Shown: positions 39,251 to 49,867, counted from the stretch's first letter. The stretch is DNA of 64,000 bases from an uncultured Flavobacteriales bacterium (GCA_913030835.1 CAJWDP010000012.1:718-64717); one strand, 5' to 3'. The notes: a model not told the origin generated them from the letters alone. Numbers and translations are program-made.

Positions 39251-40078
39251 TTAATCATTGCTGACATTCATAGCAGACAACATGTTGCCATAAACCGTAT
39301 TAAGTGCTGACAGGTTCTTGCTTAGTTCTCCCATTGTATCTTTGTACTTTCTTGTATCATCAATTGAACCATGAAGATTGCTCATCAATTCATTGATACC
39401 CGAGTACATTTTTTCAGTTGCCTCAAGATGTTCAGAAGCACCTTTCAATTGCATTTCGTAGACATTGTTCAAGGCAGCCAGATTTCCGGAAACTTTATCC
39501 ATTTGCTCTCCAACAGCTGCGCCGCTTTCCTGAGCATTGGTAAGGCCCATCAATGATTCTGATGCGGAATCGTATGCATCAGAAAGTTTACCCATTTTTG
39601 CTGACGCACCTTCCAGACTTTCAATGTAGCTGTTCGTTGCTGCAGAAGCCCCAGACACTTCGCCCAACTGGCTAGCGTTGTCACTTAATGCTTTCATTCC
39701 TGCACCCAAACTTTCAATCAACTCCGGCTCAATCTTGGCATCCGCCAACATATTGTCCAACTGTTCTGTTAAGGAAAGGTCATCATCCAAGTCTCCTAGA
39801 GATTCTGGTAATTCATCTAAATCCTGGTCACTATGTCCCATTGCTAACTCCGGATAAACCAATGCCCAATCCGGGTCTTCATGTAATGGTTCGAACGCCG
39901 ATATAAAGAAGATCGCCGCCTCTGTTAGTAGACCAATGATCAACATTAAATTTGCACCCGGTAAGTGAAGAATTTTAAATAGTGCTCCAACAATTACGAT
40001 TGCGCCTCCCCAACCGTAAACAAACTTCATGATGTTTTTAAATCTTCGACTTGCGAAAAAACCTCCTCCTGAACTCAT
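39251..40078 (-). CDS. gldL: Gliding motility/T9SS protein GldL (PorL)
   Basis: Two N-terminal TM helices carry the conserved VYGWGGAIVIVGALFKILHLPG...IGLLTEAAIFFISAFEP segment. Confidence 0.9.
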   Translation of the reverse strand: MSSGGGFFASRRFKNIMKFVYGWGGAIVIVGALFKILHLPGANLMLIIGLLTEAAIFFISAFEPLHEDPDWALVYPELAMGHSDQDLDELPESLGDLDDDLSLTEQLDNMLADAKIEPELIESLGAGMKALSDNASQLGEVSGASAATNSYIESLEGASAKMGKLSDAYDSASESLMGLTNAQESGAAVGEQMDKVSGNLAALNNVYEMQLKGASEHLEATEKMYSGINELMSNLHGSIDDTRKYKDTMGELSKNLSALNTVYGNMLSAMNVSND

Positions 40079-40158
40079 TTTCCTTGCTTTTTTTTAAATA
40101 ATTAGTAAATCTGTTTCTTATGGTTATCTATTCTCGTTTTTTGAATGACCTCTTTATG

Positions 40159-41637
40159 CTAATTTATATCCCCACTCTTGTTCACTCCTCCACGTCCTAG
40201 ATAACTCATTACACAACGGTATCCAACATAGCTTTTTGCAGAATCTTGATACTCATACGTTCTAGTACCAGTTTGCAAATAGTATCCTATATCTTTCCAA
40301 GAACCACCTCGAATAACTTTTCTTTTCATCGATGGTGGATCATGGTCTAACGCATGGTATTTGTACTCCGGTGCCAAATCATGAGAGAACTCATACATGG
40401 ATTCGTCATATGCTGTACTCGTCCACTCTGCTACGTTACCCGCCATACAGTATAATCCATAATCATTCGGATGGTACGAAGTTACTTTCACTGTGTAAAA
40501 ACCTCCATCTTCAAAGTACCTTCCTCTCATTGGCTTGAAATTACCTAAGAAGCATCCTCTGGCATTTCTAATGTACGGACCACCCCATGGATATGGAGAC
40601 AAGTCCAATCCTCCTCTAGCTGCATATTCCCATTCAGCTTCAGTTGGTAATCTAAAATCCTGCACATACTGTTGCCAGTTGTAATGTCTCCAGGTATTCA
40701 ATAATTGTGTTCTCCAAACGCAAAATGCATTTGCTTGTTGCCAAGTAACTCCAACTACTGGATAAGCATCATAAGCAGGATGCCAAAAATACATATTGGT
40801 CATTGGCTCGTTATACGAGTAAGAGAAATCATGCACCCAAGTAAGCGTATCCGGGTATACATTGATCACCTCTTTGATTATGAATCTGCTTCTGTCGTCA
40901 TGACCTCTGATCGCATTATGTTGACCCTTTGTATTTCTGAATCCAAGATCCAAATCCCTACCTCGGTAAATTTTTGGGTCCTCTGAATCAACTGGAAACG
41001 GCATTTCACCGTTTTTCATCACCTTTCTGTGGTCATCGTCCTCTTCTGCCTCGTTGTTTGATAATTTTTTGATCAACGGTCGTCCTTTGACAGCAGCTTC
41101 TTCCCAATCCACCCAAAAATACTCGAAATTCAATTTTCTCACATCGATTACTCTTCGGCTATAGTACCTTTGCGCTTCAGGCAAATACAAGTCCGCTAGA
41201 ATAGCTAACTGCTCTTCATCTAGCCTTCTCATACTAGCGTTGTAATTAAGATTCCATTCTGACTGATCCTTTTCTTCTCCGTCGTCATCAAAGGCTGGAA
41301 TTAAGAAGGTTTCAGGATCTGTTTCAGCTACGAGCTCACGTGCAATAGAATCTATTACAAAATTCACAAATTGTCGATACTCGTTGTTCTCAATTTCGGT
41401 CTGATCCATATAAAATGCAGGAACGGACACGGTTTTCGACCTTGTATAATGGGCAAATGGCACATCCTGATCACTCTGCCCCATATTGAAGCTTCCTGCC
41501 GGAATATAGAGCATTCCGTATGGATCAGGCATAAACCAAAGTTCTCTATTTTGCGCTCCAACCAGCTCTCCTCTGCTCCCACCAGCACAGCTGCCAAGAA
41601 ACAAAACTATAGCTAAGAAATACAACGTTTTTTTCAT
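40159..41637 (-). CDS. gldK: Gliding motility/T9SS lipoprotein GldK (PorK), FGE/SUMF1-fold
   Basis: The lipobox is FLGSCAG. The formylglycine-generating-enzyme fold region (...NVAEWT...RGGSWKD) is present, and the gene lies upstream of gldL. Confidence 0.9.
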   Translation of the reverse strand: MKKTLYFLAIVLFLGSCAGGSRGELVGAQNRELWFMPDPYGMLYIPAGSFNMGQSDQDVPFAHYTRSKTVSVPAFYMDQTEIENNEYRQFVNFVIDSIARELVAETDPETFLIPAFDDDGEEKDQSEWNLNYNASMRRLDEEQLAILADLYLPEAQRYYSRRVIDVRKLNFEYFWVDWEEAAVKGRPLIKKLSNNEAEEDDDHRKVMKNGEMPFPVDSEDPKIYRGRDLDLGFRNTKGQHNAIRGHDDRSRFIIKEVINVYPDTLTWVHDFSYSYNEPMTNMYFWHPAYDAYPVVGVTWQQANAFCVWRTQLLNTWRHYNWQQYVQDFRLPTEAEWEYAARGGLDLSPYPWGGPYIRNARGCFLGNFKPMRGRYFEDGGFYTVKVTSYHPNDYGLYCMAGNVAEWTSTAYDESMYEFSHDLAPEYKYHALDHDPPSMKRKVIRGGSWKDIGYYLQTGTRTYEYQDSAKSYVGYRCVMSYLGRGGVNKSGDIN

Positions 41638-41743
41638 GCTACCTAATTTTTCTTCGTTTTCAGACTCCTTTTAAAACAACGTTTTTTGGTGGGGAGTGCA
41701 TACTACGTTGACAAGGCAATTTTAGTTACAATTTAATTTTCAA

Positions 41744-42709
41744 TTATAAAAACCTCGGATTTTTATATTTCTGGATCGGTTCCGGCCTATCCAAATTAAA
41801 GCAATAGTTCAGCATTATTTCATGCGTTCCATTACTATAATTACTCAACTTACTGGTGGTTACATCATACGAGTAACCAATTTTTAACAAGCCATCATTT
41901 CCTACAGCGGTTTGGTAACCAATCATAGGTGCTACAGCATCGGCAATTCTATAGCTAACGCCAGCCCATACCATCCTTTTGAACATAACCGAAACATTCA
42001 CATCTATTTGGGTTGAAGCAGCATCACTTTTAGCTAATATACTTGGTCGCAATTGCCACTCAGGGTTAATGTCGTAATTGTATCCTGCCATGATCCAATA
42101 ATGTCTGGCAGTTTTTATATGTATGTCTTTCATGTCCGACTGGCTGAGGTGAGTTGAGCTCAACCCCATCCATAAGTTATTTGCCTGATAAAACACACCA
42201 AAGCTAAAATCCGGAGCAAGATCATTTGAGCTTTCAGCGGAAATTGAACCGTCGTTTTGCCATGGCGTACCATCAGGTGTTATCCAGGTCGCTTGAATAT
42301 TTTTTGAAATTAGACCCAACGATGCACCTATACCAAGTGTCCCAATACCAATTGATTTATGGAAAGAATAATGAAGGCGCGCTATATTATTCGTTTCAAA
42401 TCCCAGTTGATCATAATAATAGGTCAAGCCTAAACCACCTCTAAGAACATTAACCGGCATGTGCACATTAAGTAAACCTGTTCGGGGCGCACCGTCAAAT
42501 TTAACCCATTGATATCTACCAATGAATGTTCCACATATAGCATTGTTCAATCCTGCATAGCCAGGGTTGACGCTTAATTTGTCAAACATGTAGTGGGTTA
42601 ACTGTACATCCTGTTGTGCGAAGGATCCAAATCCAATAGAACTCACAACAAAGGCCACCAAAATCTTCTTCATAGCTTTCTTTCTCAGTGTATAACTCGA
42701 TTTAAACAA
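41744..42709 (-). CDS. PorP/SprF family T9SS membrane (beta-barrel) protein
   Basis: QQDVQLTHYMFDKLSVNPGYAG is the family signature. The likely start is the MKKILVAF codon at 42673. It lies directly upstream of gldK, as in the P. gingivalis porP-porKLMN arrangement. Confidence 0.85.
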   Translation of the reverse strand: MFKSSYTLRKKAMKKILVAFVVSSIGFGSFAQQDVQLTHYMFDKLSVNPGYAGLNNAICGTFIGRYQWVKFDGAPRTGLLNVHMPVNVLRGGLGLTYYYDQLGFETNNIARLHYSFHKSIGIGTLGIGASLGLISKNIQATWITPDGTPWQNDGSISAESSNDLAPDFSFGVFYQANNLWMGLSSTHLSQSDMKDIHIKTARHYWIMAGYNYDINPEWQLRPSILAKSDAASTQIDVNVSVMFKRMVWAGVSYRIADAVAPMIGYQTAVGNDGLLKIGYSYDVTTSKLSNYSNGTHEIMLNYCFNLDRPEPIQKYKNPRFL

Positions 42710-42895
42710 ATTAGTTACAATTCGCTAAAATAAGGAAAATCCTTGTTTACTCAAAAAAGCTGAACCGAACTTACCTTAGTTTACCTAAAATCGTCGCCAA
42801 TATAACAAAAAGAAAGTATAAATTATCTTATGAAAGATGTTGAAAAAGTTAATTGAGCTAATTGAGACCAATAACAACAACTGAGACCGTGGTTT

Positions 42896-44062
42896 TCATC
42901 GCAGCTTTTGGTAGGTTTTCCACCACAGGTCAGGTATGGTTCCTTGCGTTGACTTAAGATAATCATCATAAGTACAAGGAATCATATGATGACGCTCAAA
43001 TTTTATTCTTTTATCCGGTGGATATGGAACCTCCATCCACCACCTGTCAGACTTATCCGATTTAAGAAAATTGATTTGATGATCTGTTTCTGAGATCGGC
43101 ACCAGGTATTTTTTATAATTTGATTTGTCTCCCGCAGGAAAATCTTTCTTCCGCTGGAACATTCCTTCAAAAAAGCACCATATCATTTGGCCGATCAGTT
43201 TGGCACCGAACTTTGATTCATTAAAAACCGGGTTGTAATCAAAAATACCCAAACAGGATACTTTATCACTTATGCCCGCATACCTCATAATTTGACAAAC
43301 TTCCTCTCCATAAAAACCATTTGGAGATGCTTCATCCCTTTCCAAACCTATTTCAGAAAATCGCACCGAATTGATATTGAACGTAACCAAATCAGCATAA
43401 CGCATCAACGGTTCTATTTTTCTAACATCATTTTGCACCTCACCGAGACGCAGGTGATCAAAAAACAATTCATCCATTAAAGCAATTTCAGTTGGTGGGA
43501 CCAAATACGTCTGATATCCTACTGAACTGTAATTGAATAGGTAATTTGGTTCATGGAGAATAATATGGTTTATGTAGTTGTTCGGACACACATCGGAAGA
43601 GTAAGCACCCATATTCAATCGGGAATCAATGGAGCAAACATTCACTGTCTGCTCAAGTTTACTGTACGATTTATACGCAGCGAAACCAAGATCCCTCGAT
43701 CCTCCGATAAACAAAACTGTTTTATTTTTCTTGATAACTTCGAAAATCACATCTTCTACGGCCTTGTAGGTATCTGATATCGAAGCTCCCTGATAAATAT
43801 TCCCCAGGTCCGCAATTCTGCCTTCTCCATTAAAAAATAATTTGTACAATTCTTCCCGTACGCGATTCGGTGCTTCAGCTGCGCCTACATTGGAGTCACT
43901 AGCACGATCTTCTTGAACTCCAAATAACACAGCGTCGCAATTTTCCCAATCCGGAAACTGATTTTCAAGATGAACACGAATGGAATTGCCCATGCATTCT
44001 TTGTGTAATCCTGTGCAAAGCTCAGGATCAATAGGCTGAAAGAAAATGGAAATTGAAGACAT
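42896..44062 (-). CDS. Arginase/ureohydrolase-family protein (formimidoylglutamase-like)
   Basis: The 388-aa protein has a family-like pattern (...VLFIGGSRDL..., D-rich metal-site regions) and the conserved topA-adjacent position in Flavobacteriia. The assignment is by recollection. Confidence 0.55.
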   Translation of the reverse strand: MSSISIFFQPIDPELCTGLHKECMGNSIRVHLENQFPDWENCDAVLFGVQEDRASDSNVGAAEAPNRVREELYKLFFNGEGRIADLGNIYQGASISDTYKAVEDVIFEVIKKNKTVLFIGGSRDLGFAAYKSYSKLEQTVNVCSIDSRLNMGAYSSDVCPNNYINHIILHEPNYLFNYSSVGYQTYLVPPTEIALMDELFFDHLRLGEVQNDVRKIEPLMRYADLVTFNINSVRFSEIGLERDEASPNGFYGEEVCQIMRYAGISDKVSCLGIFDYNPVFNESKFGAKLIGQMIWCFFEGMFQRKKDFPAGDKSNYKKYLVPISETDHQINFLKSDKSDRWWMEVPYPPDKRIKFERHHMIPCTYDDYLKSTQGTIPDLWWKTYQKLR

Positions 44063-44085
44063 TAACTTAATTTCAATTGTTATGT

Positions 44086-44093
44086 CAAATTTA
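44086..44093 (-). promoter_or_regulatory. Candidate -7 box (TAAATTTG on the minus strand) for the arginase-family gene
   Basis: The plus strand reads CAAATTTA at 44086-44093, 23 nt upstream of the start at 44062. Confidence 0.35.
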
Positions 44094-44098
44094 TAAAT

Positions 44099-44133
44099 GA
44101 AAAAAGCCTTGCAACAGACATTACAAGGCTTTT
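44099..44133 (-). terminator. Rho-independent terminator after topA
   Basis: The stem AAGCCTTG/CAAGGCTT is followed on the minus strand by T6. Confidence 0.65.
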
Positions 44134-44153
44134 ATTAACATTCCTTTTTTGGA

Positions 44154-46433
44154 TTATTTCTCAGCTATTGCCAAACAATCCTCCAATGTTAATCCTTTCG
44201 GATCAGTTCCTTTCGGAATTCGATGGTTCTTCTTCCCTATTTTGATATACGGCCCATAACGTCCGTTCAGCACCTGAACCTTAACATTGTCGTGATCCCA
44301 CTCATTTATAAATTTATTTTTGTCCGCCTCTATTTTCTCCTCTATCAGAACAATAGCGCGATCCAATTGAATAGTCATCGGGTCATCACCGTTCGCTTTT
44401 TTAATACTAACAAACGAACCATTGTAACGTATGTAAGGCCCATATTTTCCTATACCTATAACCACTTCCTCACCTTTATACTCTCCCAAATTTCGCGGCA
44501 GTTCAAAAAGCTTCAATGCTTCCTCCAATGTAATCGAATCGATACTTTGTCCTGCTATCATCGAAGCAAATCTTGGCTTTTCTTCGTCCTCAGCGTCGCC
44601 TATTTGAACCATTGGTCCGAAGCGGCCAATTCTTGCCCTAACCGGCTTTCCTGTCTCTGGATCTTCACCTAGAACCCTCTCCCCACTTGCTCTGGATGAG
44701 GTTTCAATTGTGGTTTCAACATTCTTGTGGAACGGCAGATAGAACTCATCAATCATCTTTGTCCAATCCACCAAACCATTCGCGATTTCATCGAATTGTT
44801 TTTCTACGGAAGCGGTAAAATTGTAATCTAGAATTTTCTCAAAATTTTCTACCAAAAAGTCCGTAACCACTTTCCCTATATCCGTTGGTACCAATTTATT
44901 TTTATCGGCCCCATATCTTTCTTTGTTAGAAAGTTGCTTGGTGTTACCGGATTCCAAAATTACCTGAGCGATATCTCGCTCTGACCCTTCCAGATTTGAC
45001 TTTTCTACGTAGCCTCTTTTTTGAACAGTACTGATGGTTGGAGCATATGTCGATGGCCTTCCGATTCCAAGCTCTTCCAATTTCTTCACCAAACTAGCTT
45101 CAGTGTAACGGGCAGGAGGCCTTGTAAATCGCTGTATTGCCTTGATGTTGTCGTAGCCTAGCGTTTCTCCTTCCTTAAGCATCGGTAGTATTCCCTTTTG
45201 CTCTTCTTCGTCTTCATCTGTGCCTTCCAGATATACTTTAAGAAACCCATCAAATTTTATCAATTCCCCATGTCCGACAAACACCTCCTCCGCATTTGAA
45301 ATAGCAACGCGAACCACCGTCCTTTCGAGCTCTGCGTCAGCCATTTGTGAAGCCAAGGTTCTCTTCCATATGAGTTCGTACAATTTTTGTTCTGAGGAAT
45401 CGCCATCTGTTCTGGCGACGGCAAAATCCGTAGGACGAATTGCTTCGTGTGCTTCCTGAGCCGATTTATTTTTCGTTTGATATTTTCTTGGATTGGCATA
45501 TTCACCGCCAAAAGAAGCTATGATCTGATCTTTGGCTTGATTAATTGCATGATCGGACAAGTTCACCGAATCCGTTCTCATGTAGGTAATCTTTCCCGAC
45601 TCATACAGCTTTTGGGCCAATGACATGGTTCTGGCCACGGAGTAACCTAGCTTTCGACTTGCTTCCTGTTGCAGAGTTGATGTTGTAAATGGAGTTGCCG
45701 GTGATTTTTTAGCAGGCTTTTTCTGTAAGCTGGAAACCGTGAATGTTGACGTTGAGCATTTTTCCAAAAATTCTGTCGCCGCTTCTACACTTGGAAATGT
45801 TTTGTCCAACTCCGTCCTAAACGTTTTGCCCGTTTCCGGAATAAATTCAGCATACACCTTGAAAGAGGACTTCGGCTCAAAAGCAACTATACTTCTCTCC
45901 TTTTCTACGATCAATCTTACCGCAACAGATTGTACCCTTCCAGCAGATAATGATGGCTTTACTTTTCTCCATAGGACAGGGCTCAATTCAAAACCGACCA
46001 ATCGATCCAAGACCCTTCTTGCTTGCTGTGCGTTCACCAAGTCCACGTTAATACCCCTAGGATTATTAATGGCTTTGGTAACTGCCGATTTAGTAATCTC
46101 GTTAAATGTAATTCTCTTGGTTCGATCTTCCGTTAATTTCAGGGACTCGAACAAATGCCACGAAATGGCCTCTCCCTCGCGGTCCTCATCCGTAGCGAGC
46201 CAAACCATTTCCGCATCTTTTGCCAATTTTTTGAGCTCAGTTACCACTGATTTCTTATCTGAAGAAACAGCATAATTCGGCTTATAGTTATCATTGACGT
46301 CTATAGCCAACCCTTTTTTAACCAAATCCCGAACGTGACCAAAACTAGATTTTACTACGAAATCAGTTCCTAAATACCCTTCGATCGTTTTCGCTTTCGC
46401 AGGTGACTCAACAATTACCAGATTCTTTGCCAT
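44154..46433 (-). CDS. topA: DNA topoisomerase I (type IA)
   Basis: It starts with the TOPRIM sequence LVIVESPAKAKTIEGYLG, has the active-site region ITYMRTDS and carries C-terminal GKYGPYI-type repeats. Confidence 0.95.
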   Translation of the reverse strand: MAKNLVIVESPAKAKTIEGYLGTDFVVKSSFGHVRDLVKKGLAIDVNDNYKPNYAVSSDKKSVVTELKKLAKDAEMVWLATDEDREGEAISWHLFESLKLTEDRTKRITFNEITKSAVTKAINNPRGINVDLVNAQQARRVLDRLVGFELSPVLWRKVKPSLSAGRVQSVAVRLIVEKERSIVAFEPKSSFKVYAEFIPETGKTFRTELDKTFPSVEAATEFLEKCSTSTFTVSSLQKKPAKKSPATPFTTSTLQQEASRKLGYSVARTMSLAQKLYESGKITYMRTDSVNLSDHAINQAKDQIIASFGGEYANPRKYQTKNKSAQEAHEAIRPTDFAVARTDGDSSEQKLYELIWKRTLASQMADAELERTVVRVAISNAEEVFVGHGELIKFDGFLKVYLEGTDEDEEEQKGILPMLKEGETLGYDNIKAIQRFTRPPARYTEASLVKKLEELGIGRPSTYAPTISTVQKRGYVEKSNLEGSERDIAQVILESGNTKQLSNKERYGADKNKLVPTDIGKVVTDFLVENFEKILDYNFTASVEKQFDEIANGLVDWTKMIDEFYLPFHKNVETTIETSSRASGERVLGEDPETGKPVRARIGRFGPMVQIGDAEDEEKPRFASMIAGQSIDSITLEEALKLFELPRNLGEYKGEEVVIGIGKYGPYIRYNGSFVSIKKANGDDPMTIQLDRAIVLIEEKIEADKNKFINEWDHDNVKVQVLNGRYGPYIKIGKKNHRIPKGTDPKGLTLEDCLAIAEK

Positions 46434-46576
46434 AATTCATGAAAATTGAGATAATCTATCCGATTATTTTCTGCAAAGAAATAGAAAAATTAAACGTCCA
46501 AACAAGTGGGATTGTGTCAGATGTCGCCTATATTATTAAATAATAATATAAATTTTTCAACATTTTTTTCTGCCAT

Positions 46577-46608
46577 TTTGACATACTTGACGGATTTGAG
46601 TATTTTTG
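46577..46608 (+). promoter_or_regulatory. Candidate promoter for miaB (TTTG-N20-TATTTTTG)
   Basis: TTTG lies at 46577-46580 and TAttTTTG at 46601-46608. This implies that the TTG start at 46606 in the track is not used. Confidence 0.45.
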
Positions 46609-46629
46609 TCCTCCGGTAGCAAAAATTCA

Positions 46630-48060
46630 ATGGAGAAAATGACAGACAAAACAATTTTAGAGGAAAGGCAAGGAGAGGCAACACTACTTGCGAATTCCTC
46701 GGAATCCGAAAGAAAAATTTACATCGAAAGTTACGGCTGCCAGATGAATTTTTCTGATAGTGAAATTGTAGCTTCCATTTTGGACAAATCCGGATTTGGA
46801 ACTACCAGGAATCACGAAGAGGCGGATGTTATTCTCTTGAACACCTGTTCGATCCGAGAAAAAGCCGAGCAAACGGTGCGCAACAGGCTGAATGCATTTA
46901 GAAAACAAAAAAGCAACAATTCGAATGTTGTTGTAGGGATTCTTGGGTGCATGGCAGAAAGAATGAAACATACTTTATTGGAAGAGGAAAAGTTGGTTGA
47001 CCTAGTCGTAGGACCAGACGCCTACAGAGATCTACCCAGCCTTATTGAAGAAGTAGACTCTGGTCAAAAGGCAGTCAATGTATTATTGTCGAGAGATGAA
47101 ACTTATGCCGACATCAATCCAATCCGACTTGGATCAAATGGTGTTTCCGCTTTCATTTCAATCATGAGAGGCTGTGACAACATGTGTTCTTTCTGTGTGG
47201 TTCCTTTTACCAGAGGCAGGGAAAGAAGTAGAAATCCAATGTCGATTGTTGCAGAAGCAAAGGAATTGTTCGAAAATGGCTACAGAGAAGTAACGCTCCT
47301 TGGTCAGAATGTTGATAGCTATAAATGGAACATCAACAGAAAGGGTGAAGTTGAAAATGAAAATGAACCCACTGTAAATTTTGCACAGTTGATGGAGATG
47401 GTTGCACAGGTCAGCCCTGAATTGAGAATACGATTCTCTACCTCTCACCCGAAAGACATGACCGATGAGGTGTTGCACACGATGGCAAGACACGACAACA
47501 TTTGCAAATACATCCATTTGCCTGTTCAGTCAGGAAACTCGGAAATACTCAAGAAAATGAACAGAGGATACACTCGGGAGTGGTATCTGGATCGTATAAA
47601 AGCAATCAAAACAATACTTCCCGAATGTGCAATTTCGACCGACATCATCTGTGGGTTTTGTAGTGAAAATGAAGACCAGCACGCTGATACGCTATCGCTG
47701 ATGAAAGAAGTAAATTATGACTTTGCTTATCACTTCTTTTATAGTGAACGTCCCAAAACTTTAGCAGAACGAAAGTACGAGGACGATGTCCCCGAAGAGG
47801 TTAAAAAAAGGCGATTGAAAGAAGTTACGGAATTGCAACGCGCGTGTTCATTGGAACACCATAAAAAGTACATTGGAACGATTCAGTCAATACTGATAGA
47901 AGGACCGTCCAGAAAATCTGTAGAGCAACAATGTGGTCGCAATACTCAGAATGCCATGGTGGTATTTGACAAAACCGATTATCCGGCAGGTCAATATATA
48001 GATGTGCTCATAGAGGATTGTACAGCAGCAACTTTATTTGGTAAAGTGGTAAGCAAATAA
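46630..48060 (+). CDS. miaB: tRNA-i6A37 methylthiotransferase MiaB
   Basis: An N-terminal UPF0004 cysteine (GCQMN), the radical-SAM motif [11 protein letters not shown] and a TRAM domain at the C-terminus are present. The start is taken as the ATG at 46630; 46639 is also possible. Confidence 0.9.
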   Translation: MEKMTDKTILEERQGEATLLANSSESERKIYIESYGCQMNFSDSEIVASILDKSGFGTTRNHEEADVILLNTCSIREKAEQTVRNRLNAFRKQKSNNSNVVVGILGCMAERMKHTLLEEEKLVDLVVGPDAYRDLPSLIEEVDSGQKAVNVLLSRDETYADINPIRLGSNGVSAFISIMRGCDNMCSFCVVPFTRGRERSRNPMSIVAEAKELFENGYREVTLLGQNVDSYKWNINRKGEVENENEPTVNFAQLMEMVAQVSPELRIRFSTSHPKDMTDEVLHTMARHDNICKYIHLPVQSGNSEILKKMNRGYTREWYLDRIKAIKTILPECAISTDIICGFCSENEDQHADTLSLMKEVNYDFAYHFFYSERPKTLAERKYEDDVPEEVKKRRLKEVTELQRACSLEHHKKYIGTIQSILIEGPSRKSVEQQCGRNTQNAMVVFDKTDYPAGQYIDVLIEDCTAATLFGKVVSK

Positions 48061-48067
48061 GACAAAT

Positions 48068-49345
48068 ATGACAGTTCAGCAAGTAAAACAACGATTCGGA
48101 ATCATCGGAAATGCCAATGGACTTAACCGAGCAATTGACGTCGCTCTTCAAGTTGCTCCCACAGACATTTCAGTTTTTGTTACCGGAGAAAGCGGAACAG
48201 GCAAGGAGTCTATGCCTCAGATCATTCATCATTATAGCTCAAGAAAACACTCTGAGTACATCGCAGTGAATTGCGGTGCAATACCGGAAGGGACTATCGA
48301 CTCAGAACTTTTTGGTCACGAAAAAGGATCATTTACCGGAGCGACGGGAGAAAGAAAGGGATACTTCGAGGTGGCTAATGGCGGGACCATTTTCCTTGAT
48401 GAAGTGGCGGAATTGCCGCTTCAAACTCAGGTAAGGCTGCTTAGAGTATTGGAAACCGGAGAATTCATTAAAGTTGGTTCTTCCAAAGTGCTTAAAACAG
48501 ACGTTCGAATTATTGCGGCAACCAACGAAAACATCCAGGAGGCAATTTCAAAAGGTAAATTTAGAGAGGACTTGTTTTATAGATTGAGCACGGTTCCCAT
48601 CACCATACCACCGCTGCGAGAGCGTCAAGAGGACATTCATCTGTTGTTTCGGAAATTTTCCGCAGATTTTGCAGAAAAATACAGAATGCCTGCGATCGTT
48701 TTACTTGAAGATGCCGTACAGGTACTTAACAGTTACATCTGGCCCGGCAATATTCGCCAATTGAAAAACGTAACTGAACAAGTTTCGGTCATCGAAAAAG
48801 ATCGGGAAGTATCAGCCGAAACCCTTTTAAAATACCTCCCCGAAAAAGCGGTAACCACCAATTTGCCGATGGTAATTGGCGACGGAACAAAAAATAGTCA
48901 GTCCGGCAATGATTTTTCAGAACGGGAATTATTATATAAGATCCTGTTTGATCTACGACAGGACATGACGGAAATGAAAAAGCTGGTTATAGACCTACTC
49001 GAGAATGACAATGTCAATACAATTAATCCGTCAGAAAAAACTGCATTGATTACTCGTTTGCACCAAGATGTTGAAAACCCTATTGTAGGCATGGGAGTTG
49101 CATCAGAACCTGGAATATCAGAGATGCCCTCACCAAGTCCTGCGAACCCAAATTTCTCTTTTCAAGAACCATTTCAAGAACACGAGGAAGTGGAAGAGTC
49201 GCTTTCTCTGGAAACCAGAGAAATTGAGTTGATCAAAAAAGCACTCGACAAACACAACGGGAAAAGAAAGTATGCAGCGAGGGAACTAGGAATATCAGAA
49301 CGAACGTTATACAGAAAGATAAAGGAATACAACATCAACAAATAA
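48068..49345 (+). CDS. Sigma-54-dependent transcriptional activator (AAA+ plus Fis-type HTH, no N-terminal sensory/receiver domain)
   Basis: It has GESGTGKE, a GSFTGA loop (GAFTGA variant), ELPLQTQVRLLRVLE and the C-terminal HTH AARELGISERTLYRKIKEY. The AAA+ domain starts within the first roughly 20 residues. Confidence 0.85.
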   Translation: MTVQQVKQRFGIIGNANGLNRAIDVALQVAPTDISVFVTGESGTGKESMPQIIHHYSSRKHSEYIAVNCGAIPEGTIDSELFGHEKGSFTGATGERKGYFEVANGGTIFLDEVAELPLQTQVRLLRVLETGEFIKVGSSKVLKTDVRIIAATNENIQEAISKGKFREDLFYRLSTVPITIPPLRERQEDIHLLFRKFSADFAEKYRMPAIVLLEDAVQVLNSYIWPGNIRQLKNVTEQVSVIEKDREVSAETLLKYLPEKAVTTNLPMVIGDGTKNSQSGNDFSERELLYKILFDLRQDMTEMKKLVIDLLENDNVNTINPSEKTALITRLHQDVENPIVGMGVASEPGISEMPSPSPANPNFSFQEPFQEHEEVEESLSLETREIELIKKALDKHNGKRKYAARELGISERTLYRKIKEYNINK

Positions 49346-49354
49346 ATCAAACAG

Positions 49355-49867
49355 GTGCGACCAATAAAACTTATCCTATACCTATCGGTTTTCACTTTAC
49401 TGGTATGCTGTACCGTGAATTACAGTTTTAACGGAGGCAAAGTTCCAAATGGCGCCAAAACCATTCAAATCGATTACTTTCCTGTGTCAAGTAAAGCTCC
49501 TCTCGCTTCGGGCCTTAGCAGTCAAACTTTCACCGAAGCACTCCGCGATGTGTTTTTAGCGCAAACCAAACTGGACATGGTATCAGAAAAAGGAGATCTG
49601 GTTTTTCAGGGTGAGATTGTGGCCTACAGTATTTCTCCAATCAATATTTCTTCCACTTCGGAAACTGCCGATCAAAACAGACTTACAATGGGAGTTCAGG
49701 TAAATTATTACCTTGGGGGGGACTCTTTAATTTTTGAAAGACAGTTTAAGCGCTTTGCTGATTACGAGAGCAACAAAGAATTTTCAACTATTGAGGAAGA
49801 TTTGCTTGCTGAGATCAATGACCAGCTTACGCAAGATATTTTTAACGCATCACTCGGAGACTGGTAA
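49355..49867 (+). CDS. lptE: LPS-assembly lipoprotein LptE-like
   Basis: A signal/lipobox region is followed by the YSFNGG motif common in Bacteroidota LptE. The position after miaB and the sigma-54 activator fits. The start codon is GTG. Confidence 0.6.
   Translation: MRPIKLILYLSVFTLLVCCTVNYSFNGGKVPNGAKTIQIDYFPVSSKAPLASGLSSQTFTEALRDVFLAQTKLDMVSEKGDLVFQGEIVAYSISPINISSTSETADQNRLTMGVQVNYYLGGDSLIFERQFKRFADYESNKEFSTIEEDLLAEINDQLTQDIFNASLGDW

Noticed and set aside
45739-46275. 178-aa ORF antisense to topA
   Set aside because: It is a shadow ORF opposite a highly conserved gene and carries no motifs.
46529-46550. 9-bp inverted repeat TATATTATT-AAAT-AATAATATA between topA and miaB
   Set aside because: It is composed purely of A/T in an AT-rich divergent promoter region, so a chance palindrome or generic curved DNA is as likely as an operator.
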